From an uncultured Candidatus Altimarinota bacterium (GTDB lineage Bacteria > Patescibacteriota > Gracilibacteria > CAIRYL01): a stretch of 38,616 nucleotides of DNA. The notes under the pieces are model-generated. The model was not told the DNA's origin. It did no database searches and was given only the letters and a program-made list of their open reading frames with translations. The stretch covers positions 1 to 38,616 of the forward strand of contig CAMZKZ010000041.1 in assembly GCA_947311645.1 (NCBI GenBank), given 5' to 3'. Below, piece by piece: positions 1-10,478 of this stretch. Both the position numbers and the translations under genes were made by a program. The stretch's first letter is position 1, and each line of letters starts with the position of its first letter.

Positions 1-10
1 TAAACACTTT

Positions 11-87
11 GGGTGATTAGCTCAGTTGGCTAGAGCATCTGGTTTACACCCAGGAGGTCGGGAGTTCGAATCTCTCATCACCCACCA
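11..87 (+). tRNA. tRNA-Val, anticodon TAC, with encoded 3' CCA
   Basis: Cloverleaf folded by hand. Acceptor GGGTGAT/ATCACCC, D arm GCTC..GAGC, anticodon stem TCTGG/CCAGG with loop TTTACAC (anticodon TAC), T arm GGGAG-TTCGAAT-CTCTC, discriminator A, then CCA. Confidence 0.9.
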
Positions 88-140
88 TTGATACTTTTAA
101 GCAGATTATTGGGTAATCTAAATAACCAATAATTTATAAA

Positions 141-169
141 ACGCCTTATACTATAAGGCGTTTTTTTTA
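141..169. terminator. Rho-independent terminator after tRNA-Val
   Basis: Perfect 9-bp stem ACGCCTTAT/ATAAGGCGT (141-149 and 153-161), 3-nt loop, followed by a T8 run. An A-run upstream makes it potentially bidirectional. Confidence 0.7.
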
Positions 170-197
170 TACTATTTATTTTCTTTATATATTCTAT

Positions 198-1526
198 ATG
201 GTGTATTACGGAATTTTAATAGCATTACTTTCCACTCTCTTTGGGCAATTTTTTCGATTTGAAATTTCTGGTGGTGCTTTTTTATTTTTAGATCTTTTTC
301 TTCCTGCTTTATTTTTAGTATGGTGTCTAAAAATATTGCTTCAAAAAAAAAATATTTGGAAAGCGTTAAAACAATATCCATTGTTTTTTGAAGGTCTCAT
401 CGTTCTTGTTCTCTTTTTTATATCGCTTTTACTTTCTGGGGTATATCTTTCTCTTTCAGATTTTTTAATAAGTGGCTTTTATTTATTTCGATATACTTTT
501 CTCTTTTTATTTTCAGTTATTGTCTATAGTGAATATTCTGCATATAAAACAGATAAAGATAAAATTTCTTTACTTACAGTAATAGTATCTATTGCTGTTA
601 CACTCAGTATTCTTGGATTTATACAACTCTATATATATCCAGATTTTGGAGCAATGGCAGAAAAAGGATGGGACCCACACATAGGAAGGTTGCTTTCAAC
701 ATGGTTTGATCCAAATTTTTTAGGAAGCTTTTTCTCATTTATTCTTGCAATTCTTGCTGGTATTTTTGGTGTATATACAAAACAGTACCCTATTTTTTCA
801 TGGAATATTACAGATAATAAAAAGAATTTTTTAACCCATTATAATAAAAATATCACACTTATTTTTATACTTATTACAATTGTATTATTACTTGCACTGC
901 TTCTTACGTATTCACGGTCTGCACTTCTTGCATTTGTTCTTCCTGCCTTTTTTTTAGGTATTATTTATTTTAGAGGACTTCTGTTAACCCTCTCTTTAGC
1001 AATTATACTCTTACTCCCCTTTTCTCCACGAGCGACAGAACGAATTACTGATGGAATTAATTCAGCTATTTCTCTTACCGAAAAAGATTCCATGTTTGTT
1101 CCAGACCCAACGGCACGCTTGCGTGTAGAAAACATGCAACAAGGAGTATCATTATCTGCAGAAAACTTTTGGACAGGAATTGGATTTAATACTATTCGAC
1201 TCTACAAAACAAAAAATATTCATTCATCTGGTGGATTTGACAGTTCGCTTTTAACAACCTTGGTAACATCTGGAATTTTTGGACTGATTGCATTTTTATT
1301 TTTCTATTTTCGATTAGGAATAAAACTTTTATGGAAAGCTCGCGAATATAAAAATAGTACCAATGAAACAAAGCATAGTACTATTTTATATGGTGCAACT
1401 GTTGGATTTTTAGCAAGCTTTCTTGGAATATTTGCACAAAGTTTTTTTATAAACTCTTTATATTATTCATTTTTTATTCTTTTTATATTTGGAATAAGTG
1501 GTCTTCTTTTATCGAAAAATAAATAA
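198..1526 (+). CDS. O-antigen ligase-like (Wzy_C/RfaL family) polytopic membrane protein
   Basis: 442-aa ORF, ATG start, about 10-12 hydrophobic helices. It has the family-typical LTYSRSALLAFVL segment followed by a larger loop. Assignment is by pattern recognition only. Confidence 0.55.
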   Translation: MVYYGILIALLSTLFGQFFRFEISGGAFLFLDLFLPALFLVWCLKILLQKKNIWKALKQYPLFFEGLIVLVLFFISLLLSGVYLSLSDFLISGFYLFRYTFLFLFSVIVYSEYSAYKTDKDKISLLTVIVSIAVTLSILGFIQLYIYPDFGAMAEKGWDPHIGRLLSTWFDPNFLGSFFSFILAILAGIFGVYTKQYPIFSWNITDNKKNFLTHYNKNITLIFILITIVLLLALLLTYSRSALLAFVLPAFFLGIIYFRGLLLTLSLAIILLLPFSPRATERITDGINSAISLTEKDSMFVPDPTARLRVENMQQGVSLSAENFWTGIGFNTIRLYKTKNIHSSGGFDSSLLTTLVTSGIFGLIAFLFFYFRLGIKLLWKAREYKNSTNETKHSTILYGATVGFLASFLGIFAQSFFINSLYYSFFILFIFGISGLLLSKNK

Positions 1527-1528
1527 TC

Positions 1529-2524
1529 CTATATTACCTCTACTCTATGAAATCGAGAGAGTCGTGGAGCTATATTATAATTTTCATGAATTTCCTGTGC
1601 ATCTATCCGCTTATAAACATATTCAACTTCAAGTGTTCCAAACTCTTCCATATTTTCTTTTTTTTGCAGTAAAAAGGTAAGATAGAGTATTCCTCCTACC
1701 AACATTACTGGTAATAAAATAACATGAAGCTGTATTACAGAATTTCCAATAGTAAACGATGGATTTTGATGCATAGCAAAATCATATAACCCATGTAATA
1801 CCGTTGCAATTACCAATCCTGTTATAATCATTCGTTCTCGAAAAACAGATGCACGCTTAAAATGTAAAACGCGATGGATAAGATTTGCGAACCAAAATGT
1901 TTTTTTATATTGTGTATACTGGTATTGCATATATGGTTTCGCAAATAATGCAAGACCATAAAAATATCCATAAATTGCAGAACAAATAATATGTACAAAT
2001 ACTACAAAAATAGAACGCTGAATCGCTAATGTCCAAAAATTTGAACTTAATCCGCCACTTAAAAACTCTCTATAAAAATAGGCAATATTTTCCAAAAATG
2101 CAAATCCTAATGCAGCAACAATAGATAATTCAATTGCTTCATCTATACTGGAAATAATATTTTTATCCGCTTTTACAACAGCATAATGTTTTAAAACTTC
2201 TTCTAAAAACCCCACTGCCATATATGAAAAAAACGAAATAAGTACTGCCCCTGTTACCAGTGATGCAATATTTGCTTTAAAGTTATATGCCTCTACTCCA
2301 AAAAATATAAAATTTAATGGCGAATCTCCCCAAAACGATTGGTATAATAAAATAAATCCTGCAGACATCATTCCAAAAATAAATGTGAGTATGATATACC
2401 ACAGATCTTTTTCTGCTTTTTTCAAAAAAATCATCATCCATATTCCAATAGGAATAAGTGCAATAATTATGCAAATAAAAAATTCTATAGGATAGTGTTT
2501 TGCTTGTAAAAAAATATCTAACAT
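1529..2524 (-). CDS. PrsW-family intramembrane protease
   Basis: 331-aa multi-TM ORF with the two PrsW signature motifs: EExxK (FLEEVLKHY) and HxxxD (LHGLYDF). Confidence 0.7.
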   Translation of the reverse strand: MLDIFLQAKHYPIEFFICIIIALIPIGIWMMIFLKKAEKDLWYIILTFIFGMMSAGFILLYQSFWGDSPLNFIFFGVEAYNFKANIASLVTGAVLISFFSYMAVGFLEEVLKHYAVVKADKNIISSIDEAIELSIVAALGFAFLENIAYFYREFLSGGLSSNFWTLAIQRSIFVVFVHIICSAIYGYFYGLALFAKPYMQYQYTQYKKTFWFANLIHRVLHFKRASVFRERMIITGLVIATVLHGLYDFAMHQNPSFTIGNSVIQLHVILLPVMLVGGILYLTFLLQKKENMEEFGTLEVEYVYKRIDAQEIHENYNIAPRLSRFHRVEVI

Positions 2525-2613
2525 TGTGTAATAATATATGTATTGGTATAAGAAAAAATTCTAATAAAAATCCTTTCTATATATTTTATAACATTATAAA
2601 TATAAAAGCAAGC

Positions 2614-4071
2614 TTATATTGTTTTTTCTAATCCTGAAATTGTTGTGATTTGTGTAATCACTATATTTGGATTTTCCCCAGAAAGCTGTATATTTTTTTC
2701 TGATAATTCATGAAGAAGAGCCGTATACCCTGTTTCCGTAAGCTTTGGAAGTATTGCCTTTGTAAATCCTAATTTATAGGCTTCTTGCAGTCTTTTTGCA
2801 ATATTATTAACGGATCGAATTTCTCCAGAAAGACCAATTTCTCCAAAAAATACTGTTGTATCGGGTAATGGTTTTTTTCGTTTTGAAGATAGTAATGCTG
2901 CAACAATTGCCAAATCTGCCGATCGTTCTTTAATTTTTAAGCCTCCAACAATATTTATAAATATATCGTTATTTTCAAGTTTTACAGATGTGTATCGAGC
3001 AATAACGGCAAGTAAAATTTCTAATCGATTTGAATCGAACCCACTATTTGATCGCTTTGGATAACCGAATGCTGTTGGATTATTTAATGCCTGAATTTCT
3101 ATTAAAAAAGGACGAGAACCTTCTACCCCTACATAAATAGCACTTCCAATAGCATCTCGCAATCGTCCTGATAAAAAACTTGCCGAAGGATTTTTTACTT
3201 CTTTCATTCCAGATGCATGCATAGAAAACACGCCAATCTCTGATACATCTCCAAAACGATTTTTTCGTGATTTTAAAATTCTAAAATCACTTCCGCTCTC
3301 TCCTTCTAAATGCAGCATTGTATCAACCAAATGTGCCATTGTTTGCGGTCCTGCCATTTCTCCTGTTTTTGTAACATGGCCAATTAAAACCGTTGGAATA
3401 TTGTGTTTTTTAGAAAGCAGCATAATTCTTTCTGTAACTGCAACATTTTGACTCACCGATCCAGACATCGATTCTACCTCAAGAGAAGCAAGTGTTTGAA
3501 CGGAATCAAATAAAATAAATCCTGTATTTTCAATATCAAGACTTTCAATAGCAGTTTCTAAAATACTTTCCGAAAGTAAAAATAAATTTTTTGGTGGATT
3601 TTGTGTAATTCTATACAGCCTATCTGTTATTTGACTTTCTGATTCTTCTCCAGAAATAATTACAACTTTTTGTGTTGGTATTTTTTCTGCTATTGCTAAA
3701 CACGCCTGCAAGGAAAGAGTAGATTTTCCAATTCCTGGGTCTCCTGTTAAAAGAGTAATACTTCCTTTAAAAAATCCATTTCCAAGCACTCTATCAAGCT
3801 CTGAAATACCAGTAGTAATGCGTATATTTTTTTCTAATGAACTCTTTTGATTCCGAATAATATCAAGAGGAGAAAGTAATGTTTTTTTTATTTCTCCATT
3901 ACATCGTTCAGAAATTTTATGCCCGAGTTTTTCTTGAGTTTTTTTAGAAATTTTTACTTCTTTAAACTCTTTTAAGGTATTCCATTCTTTACATGCAGAA
4001 CACTGCCCTGCCCATTTTGCTTGTACATCTCCACATTCTTGACAAAGATATTGTATTGTATTTTTTGCCAT
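2614..4071 (-). CDS. radA: DNA repair protein RadA/Sms
   Basis: N-terminal zinc finger CQECG..CSACKEW, Walker A GDPGIGKST, the RadA-specific KNRFG motif, and a C-terminal Lon-protease-like domain. Confidence 0.95.
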   Translation of the reverse strand: MAKNTIQYLCQECGDVQAKWAGQCSACKEWNTLKEFKEVKISKKTQEKLGHKISERCNGEIKKTLLSPLDIIRNQKSSLEKNIRITTGISELDRVLGNGFFKGSITLLTGDPGIGKSTLSLQACLAIAEKIPTQKVVIISGEESESQITDRLYRITQNPPKNLFLLSESILETAIESLDIENTGFILFDSVQTLASLEVESMSGSVSQNVAVTERIMLLSKKHNIPTVLIGHVTKTGEMAGPQTMAHLVDTMLHLEGESGSDFRILKSRKNRFGDVSEIGVFSMHASGMKEVKNPSASFLSGRLRDAIGSAIYVGVEGSRPFLIEIQALNNPTAFGYPKRSNSGFDSNRLEILLAVIARYTSVKLENNDIFINIVGGLKIKERSADLAIVAALLSSKRKKPLPDTTVFFGEIGLSGEIRSVNNIAKRLQEAYKLGFTKAILPKLTETGYTALLHELSEKNIQLSGENPNIVITQITTISGLEKTI

Positions 4072-4140
4072 GATTTGTAAAGAAAAAAGGTATTAAGGTA
4101 TTATCGTTACTCATTTTATAATGATTTTTTTCTGGAAATA

Positions 4141-4359
4141 TTATAAAATTTCAATTATTTTATACTGATGAGTTGTTCCTTTCAATATTTTAATGTTTTT
4201 ATTGAGAGTTTTTTTAAAAAATTTTATAAGCTCTTTATTCGCTTTTCCTTTTTCTGGAAGAGCAGAAACTGCAATTTTTTGTATACCATCTGGCAATATT
4301 TCTCGTAATTCTGTTTTTTGTGCATTTGGAATTATTTTAACGGTAATAATTTTTGACAT
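4141..4359 (-). CDS. DUF167 (YggU/UPF0235) family protein
   Basis: Small ORF with the DUF167-like pattern VKIIPNAQKTEL...IAVSALPEKGKANKELIKFFKK. The ORF-track start at 4374 is TTG. The first ATG (MSKIITVK) is at 4359, so I use that. Confidence 0.7.
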   Translation of the reverse strand: MSKIITVKIIPNAQKTELREILPDGIQKIAVSALPEKGKANKELIKFFKKTLNKNIKILKGTTHQYKIIEIL

Positions 4360-4384
4360 AAAAAAAATAAACAAAACACAGTAA

Positions 4385-5323
4385 TTATTTATCAGCTAAA
4401 AACTTTTCTACTCGAGAAGCTCCAGCACTTGCTTCTAAATTTTCGTTTAAGTAAATAACTTTTGTATTATTTTTTCCAACTTTTTCCAGTGTTTCAATTC
4501 GTGCAGAATCCAACAAAAATTTTAAAATATCTTTTCCTGTAAGGGATTCATCTGATGCTTTAATTTCTTCTATAGAATCTTTAAACCCTTTGGAAATAGC
4601 CATTCGTTGTTCAGCCATTCCTTCTCCCAATAATTTTTTCGATTCTTTATCTGCCTCTGCCTCTTTTACCATTGTAATTCGTTTTGCTTCTGCTTCATTT
4701 AATGCAGCTTCTTTCATTTTTTCCGTTTCTATTATCCTATTTAATGCCTTCAAAACAAGTTGATCTAATTCAATATCTTGTACTTGAATTGAATCAAGAG
4801 TGTATCCAAATTGATTTAATTTAATTCGCAAGGCTTCTTCAATAGCATCTCCCATTTCATGTCGCTTTGTATAAATTTCTTTATGAGTAAATGTTGAAAT
4901 CATTGCACGAAGTTGTTCATCTATTGTTGCACGAATTAATATTTCTGGATTATCAATTTCATATACCGATTGATAAATACTTTCATCATCATTTTTTACA
5001 AAATATACAACATTTAATCCAATCGCAACCGAAACATTGTCTCCAGTAAGACCATCTACCGCAACATGAAAATTTGTTTTATATAAATCTTGGTCTTTTG
5101 TCCATTCTAAAAACGGAATAATAACATTAAACCCTGGTCGTAAAATTCGATTATACTTCCCAAGAAATTCTACAATTTTTACTCTATTTTGACGCACAAT
5201 TCGTACCCCTAAAAAAAGTAATAAAATATCAAAAAATATCCCAAGAACTACACCATCTATACCAAAAACCAGATAAAACAAAACAGGAAAGGTTACAAAT
5301 AAGCCAAGCAATACTATTTTCAT
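4385..5323 (-). CDS. SPFH/band-7 (stomatin/prohibitin-like) membrane protein
   Basis: N-terminal TM anchor, then an SPFH core (VEFLGKYNRILRPGFNVIIPF...) and a C-terminal charged coiled-coil (EAEAKRITMVKEAEADKESK). Confidence 0.8.
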   Translation of the reverse strand: MKIVLLGLFVTFPVLFYLVFGIDGVVLGIFFDILLLFLGVRIVRQNRVKIVEFLGKYNRILRPGFNVIIPFLEWTKDQDLYKTNFHVAVDGLTGDNVSVAIGLNVVYFVKNDDESIYQSVYEIDNPEILIRATIDEQLRAMISTFTHKEIYTKRHEMGDAIEEALRIKLNQFGYTLDSIQVQDIELDQLVLKALNRIIETEKMKEAALNEAEAKRITMVKEAEADKESKKLLGEGMAEQRMAISKGFKDSIEEIKASDESLTGKDILKFLLDSARIETLEKVGKNNTKVIYLNENLEASAGASRVEKFLADK

Positions 5324-5396
5324 ATAAAATAATGTAAAAGAAATAACAGGAATAACAAAGAGAGTATACAGTATTTTTCGCTAAAAAAATATAAAA

Positions 5397-6776
5397 TTAA
5401 TCTTCTGTACGCAATGGATCGGTTTCTGTAATAGCCTTTAAATCTCTCATTGGATTATGTTTTGAAAAAACCTTATTTATAAAATAAAAAAGAAAAGTTG
5501 ATACTCCAACGGCTGTAATTAAATCAAATAGAATAGTAAGAATAATAGTAAGAATAATTAAAAACATTTCTCGATGGGTTACAAAAATATTTTCTTCTTT
5601 ATGAGATGAAAATATTTTATCTGTAAAATTTAATTTCCCCGAAATCAGTTCACCAATATAGAGTGAAAATGGCTTTATATCTAAAACATCATATCCTACT
5701 TTAAATAAAATTCCAGAAAATACGGCCTGCGGAATAAACCCTAAAATATCCTGAAAGAGTACTAATTCTATCAATACAAAAACTCCAACCATAACTCCTG
5801 CAAGACGCATTGTTGCATTTTCTTTTATAAGTAACACAGAACGAATTGTTGCTTGTGCACCTGGAAGCCCTCCAAAACTTGCAACTGCTGCTGTTGCAAC
5901 TCCTTGAGCCATTAATTCTTTTGACCGAGCAGTTGGCTCTCCCAACATTTTATCTAAAATTAAACTGGTTAATAATGTATCTAAATAAATTAAAATAGAT
6001 AATTGAAAAGCAAAAGGAAGAGCAAGTAATAATATTTGAATTGAAAAATCTGAAAGTGTTGGTAATTGTGCCGAAAATAATGATGTAATATCAGAAAAAG
6101 AATTTAAGCTTTGCCCTAATACAATTTTTTCTATATCAAAATGTAATACTGATGCAAGAACTGTCATTATTATAAGAGTAAATAATGTTCCTGAAATATA
6201 ATTTTTATACTGTGGAAGATATTTATTTGCAAGAAAAGGAATAGCAAATGATAACACAAGGGTTCCTCCTATAATACAAAAGTTTTGTACAAACTCTCCT
6301 TCAAATGGTGTTTTTCCTCCAAGTCCAAAAAGTTTTTTTGTTTGATCTATCCAGATAAGCAATGCAATACCATTCATAAATCCCGAAACTACAACATTTG
6401 GAATATATGTAATATATTTCCCAAATCTAAACAAAGCCATAATCAATAATATTCCTGCTGTTAAAAACAGAACAATATTTACAAAATGGTCAGGATTCGC
6501 GGTTGGAATAGATTGTAAAAGTTCATCATGTGCAAATCCAACAACAATAGCAGTAATAACTGTTAAAGGAGCTGTTGGCCCAGAACATTTCACTCGTGTT
6601 CCTCCTATACTTGCTGTAATGATTACCGCTATTGCAGCTGAAAGCATTCCAACAAATGCACCCCTTTCCGACAAAATTCCTAGCGCTGCACCAAGACTTA
6701 ATGCAACAAAACTCACTGTTAATCCAGCAAGAATATTTGTAATGCTCTCAGAAAAGGATACTGTATTTTTTTTCAT
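5397..6776 (-). CDS. SulP-family inorganic anion permease, apparently without a STAS domain
   Basis: 459-aa polytopic ORF. The N-terminal LAGLTVSFVALSLGAALGILS...GPTAPLTVI matches the SulP core pattern. It is too short to carry the usual C-terminal STAS domain. Confidence 0.65.
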   Translation of the reverse strand: MKKNTVSFSESITNILAGLTVSFVALSLGAALGILSERGAFVGMLSAAIAVIITASIGGTRVKCSGPTAPLTVITAIVVGFAHDELLQSIPTANPDHFVNIVLFLTAGILLIMALFRFGKYITYIPNVVVSGFMNGIALLIWIDQTKKLFGLGGKTPFEGEFVQNFCIIGGTLVLSFAIPFLANKYLPQYKNYISGTLFTLIIMTVLASVLHFDIEKIVLGQSLNSFSDITSLFSAQLPTLSDFSIQILLLALPFAFQLSILIYLDTLLTSLILDKMLGEPTARSKELMAQGVATAAVASFGGLPGAQATIRSVLLIKENATMRLAGVMVGVFVLIELVLFQDILGFIPQAVFSGILFKVGYDVLDIKPFSLYIGELISGKLNFTDKIFSSHKEENIFVTHREMFLIILTIILTILFDLITAVGVSTFLFYFINKVFSKHNPMRDLKAITETDPLRTED

Positions 6777-6857
6777 GTTATGTTATAATAATAAAATGCT
6801 ATTGTTTCAAAATGCACTATACTATAATTTTCATATTTTAAACAAATATAATATTTC

Positions 6858-7961
6858 TTATAAGACTCCTTTAGTAGAAATAATATCATTTCCTGAAACT
6901 TTTACTGCATCTCGCAAACATCGTGCAAAGGCTTTAAACGAAATTTCTACTATATGATGCGTATTTTCTCCTTCAAGTTTCATATTCATATTTATCCCCG
7001 ACGCAATACAAAAGCTTTGATAAAAATGCTTGAGTAATTCTGTTGGAAAATCTCCTACATATTCCCGCAGTGGTGGTGCAGAAAATATAAGTTCTGGTCG
7101 TGCTGAAATATCAATCGCAACGGTTGCTAATGCCTCATCCATTGGTAATATTTTTTGCAAAGATACACTATCTGCATATCTCCCAATTCCCCTTTTATCA
7201 CCAAGTGCTTTTTTAAAACATGTTCCCAGTGCAATTGCTACATCTTCTATTGTATGATGCTCATCTATTTCTAAATCTCCTGCACAGACAATATGTAAAT
7301 CGAAATTTCCATGTTTTCCAATCTGCTCTAGCATATGGTCAAAAAAATGAAGCCCAGTATTTATAGTATACTTTCCAGCCCCATCTAAATTGAGATCAAT
7401 AGAAATTTCTGTTTCCTTTGTTTTTCGTGAATATTGTGCTGTTCGTGGTTTATGTAAAATTTCATCTGCAATATATTTCCATGAAAATTCGTCTCCTGGC
7501 TTTGCATCAAAATCTATTTTATACCCTTTCACTCCAATATTTTTTGCAAACCCTAAATCGCGTTCACTATCACCAATCATATAAGAGTTTTCAAAATCTA
7601 TCTTTCCTCTATTCTCTAAAAGATATGAATCAACCATTCCAGTATGCGGTTTTCTGCATGTGCATCCATCATCTTCAAAATGCGGACATTCAAAGATTTC
7701 TGAAAATTCTATTTGCTCTGTTTGTAAAATATGAAACAGTTTCGTATTTATATTTTCATAATTTTTTCGTGGATTTGAATCAGTATCCAATCCATCTTGA
7801 TTTGTAACCAAAACGAGTTCGTACCCTGCTTCTACAAAGCGTTTTAATGATGAGATAAGATTTGGTAATACAAACATTTCTTCAAGTGTATTAACTTGAA
7901 ATGTAATTGGTGGTTCAAAAATTAATGTTCCATCTCTGTCTAAAAATAAAATTTTTTTCAT
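6858..7961 (-). CDS. hisB: Bifunctional histidinol-phosphatase / imidazoleglycerol-phosphate dehydratase
   Basis: N-terminal HAD motifs (FLDRDGTLI, the Zn cluster CPHFEDDGCTCRKP, GDSERD). C-terminal IGPD motifs (IDEHHTIEDVAIALG, NTHHIVEISFKAFAR). Confidence 0.9.
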   Translation of the reverse strand: MKKILFLDRDGTLIFEPPITFQVNTLEEMFVLPNLISSLKRFVEAGYELVLVTNQDGLDTDSNPRKNYENINTKLFHILQTEQIEFSEIFECPHFEDDGCTCRKPHTGMVDSYLLENRGKIDFENSYMIGDSERDLGFAKNIGVKGYKIDFDAKPGDEFSWKYIADEILHKPRTAQYSRKTKETEISIDLNLDGAGKYTINTGLHFFDHMLEQIGKHGNFDLHIVCAGDLEIDEHHTIEDVAIALGTCFKKALGDKRGIGRYADSVSLQKILPMDEALATVAIDISARPELIFSAPPLREYVGDFPTELLKHFYQSFCIASGINMNMKLEGENTHHIVEISFKAFARCLRDAVKVSGNDIISTKGVL

Positions 7962-7987
7962 GTTTTTTAAAAGTATAAATTGTATAA

Positions 7988-9310
7988 CTATTTTCTTCTT
8001 ACAACAACTGCATGTTTATGTGCATCAAGACCTTCTTCTTCTGCCATAATTTCTATAGTATCTCCTAAATTTTCAATTCCTTGTGCTGAAATATGCTGAA
8101 AGGTTATCCATTTCCCAAAACTTTCCACCGATACTCCCGAAAAACTTCGAGCAAATCCACTGGTTGGTAAGGTATGATTTGTTCCACTCGCATAATCTCC
8201 TGCTGATTCTGGAGTAAATTCTCCACAAAATACCGATCCTGCATTTATAATTTCTGGAAGTAATTTTTTCCATTCAGCAACATGTAAAATTAAATGCTCT
8301 GGTGCGTATTCATTTGAAATTTGAATAGCTTCTTCTCGTGTTTCACATACCACAATAAAACTTGATTGTAATGCTTGTATTGCGACTTCATTTCGTCCCA
8401 ATTGTGCAAGTTGTTTTTCTATTTCTTGCAATGTTTCTTGTGCAACAATTTCTGAAGTAGTAACTAACACCGCTTGCGAATCTGTTCCGTGCTCTGCCTG
8501 TGAAAGTAAGTCTGATGCAATGAATTCTGGATTTCCTGTTTCATCTGATAATACTAAAACTTCACTTGGTCCTGCTGGCATATCAATTGCTGTATGCCCT
8601 GAAATTTTCATTTTTGCAGCAGTAACAAAAGAGTTTCCTGGTCCAAAAATTTTATCAACTTTTGGAATTGTTTCTGTTCCGTGTGCCATTGCGAAAATTG
8701 CTTGCGACCCACCAACTTTATAAATTTCTGAAACACCTGCAATATGTGCTGTTGCTAAAATTGCAGGATGCACTGTTCCATCTTTTTGCGGAGGTGTGCA
8801 TAAAACAATTTTTTTACACCCAGCTATTTGAGCAGGAATTGCCAGCATCAATAGTGTTGAAAAAAGTGGTGCTGTCCCTCCAGGAATATATAATCCCACT
8901 TTTTCGATTGCACGAAATTCTTGCCAACATTCTACTCCTGCAGTTGTTTGCACTGTTTCACTTTTTGTTCGCTTTTGTGCGGTATGAAACAGTGTAATAT
9001 TTTCATGTGCTTTTTGTATTGCTTCTATAAGTTCTGGTTTTTCCATTTCTATAGACGCAACCGCTGTAGAAATTTCTTCTGGAGATACCGAAAAATTATT
9101 GAGCCGTACTCCATCAAATTTTTCTGTTAATGCTTTTAATTCTCCATCTCCATTTTTCAAAATATTGTTTTCTATTTCTGAAACAATTTCAAAAACTTTA
9201 CCGTAATCAATTCCAGATCGTTTGCACAAATCTTGTAATGTGAATGTATTTGTAAACTTTTGAAAAGTTGGATTTGCAAAGTTTTCCGATATATTTTGTA
9301 TATATTTCAT
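7988..9310 (-). CDS. hisD: Histidinol dehydrogenase
   Basis: 440 aa with the signature PAGPSEVLVL...SQAEHGTDSQAVLVT and YAPEHLIL. Confidence 0.9.
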   Translation of the reverse strand: MKYIQNISENFANPTFQKFTNTFTLQDLCKRSGIDYGKVFEIVSEIENNILKNGDGELKALTEKFDGVRLNNFSVSPEEISTAVASIEMEKPELIEAIQKAHENITLFHTAQKRTKSETVQTTAGVECWQEFRAIEKVGLYIPGGTAPLFSTLLMLAIPAQIAGCKKIVLCTPPQKDGTVHPAILATAHIAGVSEIYKVGGSQAIFAMAHGTETIPKVDKIFGPGNSFVTAAKMKISGHTAIDMPAGPSEVLVLSDETGNPEFIASDLLSQAEHGTDSQAVLVTTSEIVAQETLQEIEKQLAQLGRNEVAIQALQSSFIVVCETREEAIQISNEYAPEHLILHVAEWKKLLPEIINAGSVFCGEFTPESAGDYASGTNHTLPTSGFARSFSGVSVESFGKWITFQHISAQGIENLGDTIEIMAEEEGLDAHKHAVVVRRK

Positions 9311-9350
9311 ATTTTCTGGTTAAATAATAATTTTTGAGCGTTTGAATTTT

Positions 9351-10478
9351 CTAAAGCGTTTTTAAAAGAGTGATAAGTGCAAAGTTTTCTTCTGGTGTTC
9401 CCACAGAAATTCGCAAACAGTTTTCTAAAAATTGTTTCTTTCCAAAATTTCGTACAACAATTCCTTTATTTTTCAATTTTTCATATATAATATCCGCATC
9501 AAATTCTGGAGAAATTCGTACTAAAATTGAATTTGCATACGAAGGGTATACATTTGCAAACAATGGATTTTCTCCAGTTGTATAGTTTTTACATTCTTCT
9601 TGCAAATAGTGCAGTTGTGCAACTAAAACATTTCTTTGTTGATACACTTTTTCTTTATTGTTTAATGCATTATTTACTGCATTTGCTGTTAATATATTCA
9701 CATTATACGGTGCTTTTACTGCCTGAACCATCGCAATTACATCTTTATGTGCAAACATTTTTCCGCATCGTACTCCAGCCAATCCCCACATTTTAGAAAA
9801 TGTTTGCAATACAATCAGTTTTGGATATTTTTCCAAAAATTTAAGCGCTGAATGCTTTGAAACAAAATCTATATATGCTTCATCTACCACAACCATTCCA
9901 GAAAAATTATCTAATATTTTTATTAATTGCTTCTCTGCAATAATATTTCCCGTTGGATTATTTGGGTGACACAAAAAGAGAAGTTTGATATTATTTTTAT
10001 TTTCTTCTGTCGCTTCGGTATTATCCGCAAGTAAAATTTTTGAAACAACTTCATCTGTCATTTCAAAGCTCGTAGCATCAAGTGAAATATCAAGCACATT
10101 TACATTATTTACGCCAGCACTCACTGCATACATTCCAAATGTTGGAGACGAAATACAAATAGAATCTTTGCTTGGTTCGCAAAAAATTCGTACCAATAAA
10201 TCGATAAGCTCATCGCTTCCATTTCCTAAAATTAAATTTTCTTTTGTAAGACTACATGAAAACTGACTAATTGTTGCTTCCACAATTTTTTCTCGTAATT
10301 CATCGTGCATCACTTCTGGATACCTATTTTTCCCGTTATTTTCAAATGGATTTTCGTTTGCATCTAAAAATGTATATGTTTGTCCATTATTCACAAATTC
10401 GTCTCGTGCAGAAGAATATGGAGAAAACTTTTCTAAATGTTTTCGAAACGGAAACCGTGTTGTTATTTCTGTAGACAT
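9351..10478 (-). CDS. hisC: Histidinol-phosphate aminotransferase (class II PLP aminotransferase)
   Basis: 375 aa with LDANENP, NPNNPTGN and the PLP-lysine motif TFSKMWGLAGVRCG. It sits in a cluster with hisD and hisB. Confidence 0.85.
   Translation of the reverse strand: MSTEITTRFPFRKHLEKFSPYSSARDEFVNNGQTYTFLDANENPFENNGKNRYPEVMHDELREKIVEATISQFSCSLTKENLILGNGSDELIDLLVRIFCEPSKDSICISSPTFGMYAVSAGVNNVNVLDISLDATSFEMTDEVVSKILLADNTEATEENKNNIKLLFLCHPNNPTGNIIAEKQLIKILDNFSGMVVVDEAYIDFVSKHSALKFLEKYPKLIVLQTFSKMWGLAGVRCGKMFAHKDVIAMVQAVKAPYNVNILTANAVNNALNNKEKVYQQRNVLVAQLHYLQEECKNYTTGENPLFANVYPSYANSILVRISPEFDADIIYEKLKNKGIVVRNFGKKQFLENCLRISVGTPEENFALITLLKTL

Noticed and set aside
1-200. tRNA-Val as a possible integration site for a genomic island.
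   Set aside because: No integrase, no direct repeat of the tRNA 3' end and no compositional break is visible. The downstream genes are ordinary envelope and housekeeping genes.
4360-4374. Upstream TTG-initiated extensions in the ORF track (4374, 17054, 18525, 29167) and the ATG at 35266 for leuS.
   Set aside because: The extensions add hydrophobic or nonsense-looking residues, create overlaps with neighbouring genes, or in the leuS case precede the inferred transcription start. The first ATG matches the N-termini of homologues.
6619-6957. Antisense or overlapping ORFs in the six-frame track. Examples are 6619-6957, 7418-7807, 8662-8997, 12267-12614, 17177-17524, 20641-20964, 24682-24999, 27299-27717 and 29385-29747.
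   Set aside because: They lie entirely inside strongly supported genes on the opposite strand or in another frame. Their composition is low-complexity and F/L/I/K-rich, as expected from an AT-rich antisense strand. None shows a recognisable motif.
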